DNA of 38,064 nucleotides from Verrucomicrobiota bacterium (GTDB lineage Bacteria; Verrucomicrobiota; Verrucomicrobiia; Limisphaerales; UBA1096): NCBI GenBank assembly GCA_018674955.1, contig JABGZB010000281.1, positions 1 to 38,064 of the forward strand, read 5' to 3'. Shown piece by piece: positions 35,960 to 38,064 of this stretch (position 1 is its first letter; each line of letters starts with the position of its first letter). The notes under the pieces were generated by a model. It saw only the letters and a program-made list of their open reading frames with translations, ran no database searches and was not told where the DNA came from. The position numbers and the translations under genes were made by a program.

Positions 35960-37024
35960 CTAAAGTTTCTTGACGTGAAACTTCGGCTGGCTCCATTCGC
36001 TGCTTGGCAGTAACCAGCGAAAGATGACGCCGCCTTCGCGGTGGCTGGCAGTGTTCAGTTGGTTTGCTTCGCCGAATTCACGGTGCGCCACTACGATTCG
36101 GAACGACCCGTCCGCCGCCAGCTTCACCTGCGAATGGTTCAGGATGATTTTGAGGTTCACGAAATCACGCGACTCGAGCCAGCGGCTGCACAACTGCACC
36201 GACCAGTAACGGCACTCCGGCGCGCGCCCCTCCATGACGAGCGCCTCGTCTTCCTCCAGCTTGTACCACCCGCCGACGTACTCGTTGTCCGGTGTGGGGA
36301 ACAGGCTATCGAGTCCCTCCGCCGTGCTGTCGATGCTCACCGTGTTGGGCTGTTTCATCCACGCCTTTGAGGCCAGTTGCGTGGACTTGAAAGTGCGCGA
36401 CATGCTTTGGCTTAATGCCCGCAGTCGGTGGGTGATGCCCTCTACCGTCGGAGCGGGCGGCGGCGCGATGTCATCGAGCAACTGGATGTTCAACTCGGCC
36501 GGTTTTTGCCGGAGATCCGTGAAGTATTGCCGCGTCACCAGCGTGCGGGCGATGTTGTCCAGTTGAATCCAGTTTTTAACTCCGTCCGGCCGCTCGGCGG
36601 AAAGCACCAACTCGAAGCCGCCGTTGTCGTCAAACTCCATGTCCACATCGCAGACGTTGGCCAAAATACAGTTGGTCCGCCCGCGCATACCGTATAAACA
36701 AAAAGCCAAATACAACTCCTCGCCTCGCCGCCCATGGATGCGGTAGCGCAGTGCGGGATTCAACGTGGCTCGATGGTAGAGCGTGTCCGGGTTGTCCACG
36801 AAAAACTTCCGGATCGGCGACATGATCTGCACGAGGCTGGGATAGTCTGCTTCCTGTTCCACCTGGAATTCCGTCATGCCGACAAGAATGCGGGTTAGGA
36901 AACGATAGCCCTCGGCGCGCACCGTTGGGTCGTGTCCCTCGCTCAATGCGTCCACTTGTCCCGCCGCGTCCATCAGTTGCTCGGTCAGTGTTGCCCATGC
37001 CTTCGTCAGTTCGTCATTGGCCAT
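35960..37024 (-). CDS. DUF1214-domain protein
   Basis: Motifs AEGYRFL.R, DNPDTLY, YRIHG.RG, TRQYF.D, RYWSVQL...W.ES and DGSFRIVVAH...N.L.T..H..G...RW. It is coupled to the sulfotransferase gene. Confidence 0.75.
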   Translation of the reverse strand: MANDELTKAWATLTEQLMDAAGQVDALSEGHDPTVRAEGYRFLTRILVGMTEFQVEQEADYPSLVQIMSPIRKFFVDNPDTLYHRATLNPALRYRIHGRRGEELYLAFCLYGMRGRTNCILANVCDVDMEFDDNGGFELVLSAERPDGVKNWIQLDNIARTLVTRQYFTDLRQKPAELNIQLLDDIAPPPAPTVEGITHRLRALSQSMSRTFKSTQLASKAWMKQPNTVSIDSTAEGLDSLFPTPDNEYVGGWYKLEEDEALVMEGRAPECRYWSVQLCSRWLESRDFVNLKIILNHSQVKLAADGSFRIVVAHREFGEANQLNTASHREGGVIFRWLLPSSEWSQPKFHVKKL

Positions 37025-38064
37025 TTTTTATTCCCGTAAAATCGGTTCGCACGGTCTCGGCGTCCAGCCCGTATTCCTCGAGCGAGTAACGGTGCGCGCC
37101 GTGCTTGTGCTGCCGGTTATCGGCCAGCCATTGTTTCATCCTGTTTTCAAATTCAGCCGAGTAGTCGTAGCTGTGATACTCGTAAATCCGTTGCACGGTG
37201 TCGATGGGGTTTGCGACAAGATCGGCGTATTGCACGTCGAGAACCTGCGCGGGATCGGCGGCGGCGCGAACTTCGCCCGAGCGCCTCTCGATCTCGAGTA
37301 GGCGCTGTTGCCAATGCGCGCCAATCGCGGTTTTGTCCACCGTGTCGCTTGCGGCGCTCTGCGTGATTTCGCACAGACTGCAGATGGACGGCAGGACGCT
37401 TTCCGCGCAGCGATGCGTCTGCACGATACGCGCATCGGGGAAAACGCTCAGCAGTCCGCCCAAGCCGGGGAGATGCCGTGGCGCCTTGCAGATCCAGTGG
37501 TTGCCGCGGCATTTCCAGCCTAGCATCTGGAGTTGGCGGCGGTAGTAGCGATACGACGATTCGTCAGCCTCATGCTCGACAAGCCACTTGGAGTAGCTCG
37601 GCACGTGAGCGCGCAATTCGAAAATGAGATCCGCGAATGTATGCTCGATGAGCCAAAGACATTCCTCCGGGCCAGTAGCATCGAGCTTGTGCGCGCGAGC
37701 GAGGTTCGGAACGAGCTTCTCGAAACCGGCGACCCAATCCCTCGTGGTTGCTATGCGCGGATCGTCCTGCAGTGACTCCGGCGCGGGCGCGGGGTGTAGT
37801 CCTTCCCACAGTCTCAACCAGCGCGAAGCCGGGTCACAGGCAAGGAGGCTGTGCAGCAGCGTTGTGCCGGTCCGCGGGAAGCCAAGGATGTAGAGCGGTC
37901 GATCAATCGGTGTCTCCGCCATTTCTGGGTTCGCGGCAAACGCTTGCTCGGTCAGGAGTCGGTTTACGAGCAGACGCAGGATAGTGCGTTGCAACATGAT
38001 CACGCCTTGCGTGTTGAGTCGCGCCTCGTCCTGGAGTGACTTGAGCAGCAACTCGTACGGCTCC
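37014..38064 (-). CDS. PAPS-dependent sulfotransferase (Sulfotransfer_3-like), 5' end outside the window
   Basis: PAPS loop ILGFPRTGTTLLH.LL, plus PEEC, W..KAP.H, FPDA.IV.THR, Y.DLV..P and H.YSLE.YGL. Confidence 0.9.
   Translation of the reverse strand, partial: EPYELLLKSLQDEARLNTQGVIMLQRTILRLLVNRLLTEQAFAANPEMAETPIDRPLYILGFPRTGTTLLHSLLACDPASRWLRLWEGLHPAPAPESLQDDPRIATTRDWVAGFEKLVPNLARAHKLDATGPEECLWLIEHTFADLIFELRAHVPSYSKWLVEHEADESSYRYYRRQLQMLGWKCRGNHWICKAPRHLPGLGGLLSVFPDARIVQTHRCAESVLPSICSLCEITQSAASDTVDKTAIGAHWQQRLLEIERRSGEVRAAADPAQVLDVQYADLVANPIDTVQRIYEYHSYDYSAEFENRMKQWLADNRQHKHGAHRYSLEEYGLDAETVRTDFTGIKNGQ

Larger units (their letters stand above)
1961..36664. repeat. Dispersed highly iterated palindrome TTGGCCAA (extended (G)CGCTTGGCCAAGCG(C))
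   Basis: About 33 exact octamers counted by eye, starting at 1961, 2148, 3544, 3670, 4766, 4912, 5189, 7009, 7120, 7162, 9819, 12065, 12267, 15602, 15832, 15860, 17093, 23295, 24756, 27508, 28721, 29952, 30397, 30545, 30629, 31289, 32228, 33851, 34427, 34574, 34880, 35940 and 36657. Confidence 0.85.

Noticed and set aside
1961-36664. TTGGCCAA copies as a CRISPR array, REP elements or IS ends
   Set aside because: The copies are 8-16 bp, irregularly spaced and mostly inside coding sequence. There is no repeat-spacer periodicity, no cas gene and no transposase.
1-38064. tRNA or rRNA genes
   Set aside because: No cloverleaf/T-loop signature in a suitable intergenic gap and no rRNA-like segment was seen. 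Almost all of the sequence is protein-coding.

Overview
This is a mostly GC-rich bacterial window. It most likely comes from Verrucomicrobiota, inferred from the prepilin/H-X9-DG protein, the C-terminal 'FYR' surface domains and the integrase family. Housekeeping genes include coaE, hisG, purN, miaE, accA, hisC, hisD, an RlmI-like methyltransferase, a SNF2 ATPase and a tiny unannotated bS22/mS38-like ribosomal protein. They surround a ~14.5 kb co-oriented four-gene accessory locus (7794-22345) of exported proteins: an ~870-aa unknown protein, a tail-fibre-like protein with a Peptidase_S74 chaperone and a swapped AT-rich middle, a 3095-aa protein whose C-terminal third resembles a Tc-toxin A-subunit (TcA) channel and cap, and a small Ca-binding surface protein. 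A degenerate tyrosine-integrase remnant follows the locus, and no TcB/TcC (RHS) genes are present in the window. Separately, the palindrome TTGGCCAA (extended consensus (G)CGCTTGGCCAAGCG(C)) occurs about 33 times by manual count, in all three reading frames and between genes, like a HIP1-type highly iterated palindrome. All family assignments come from motif recognition by eye; no searches were run.
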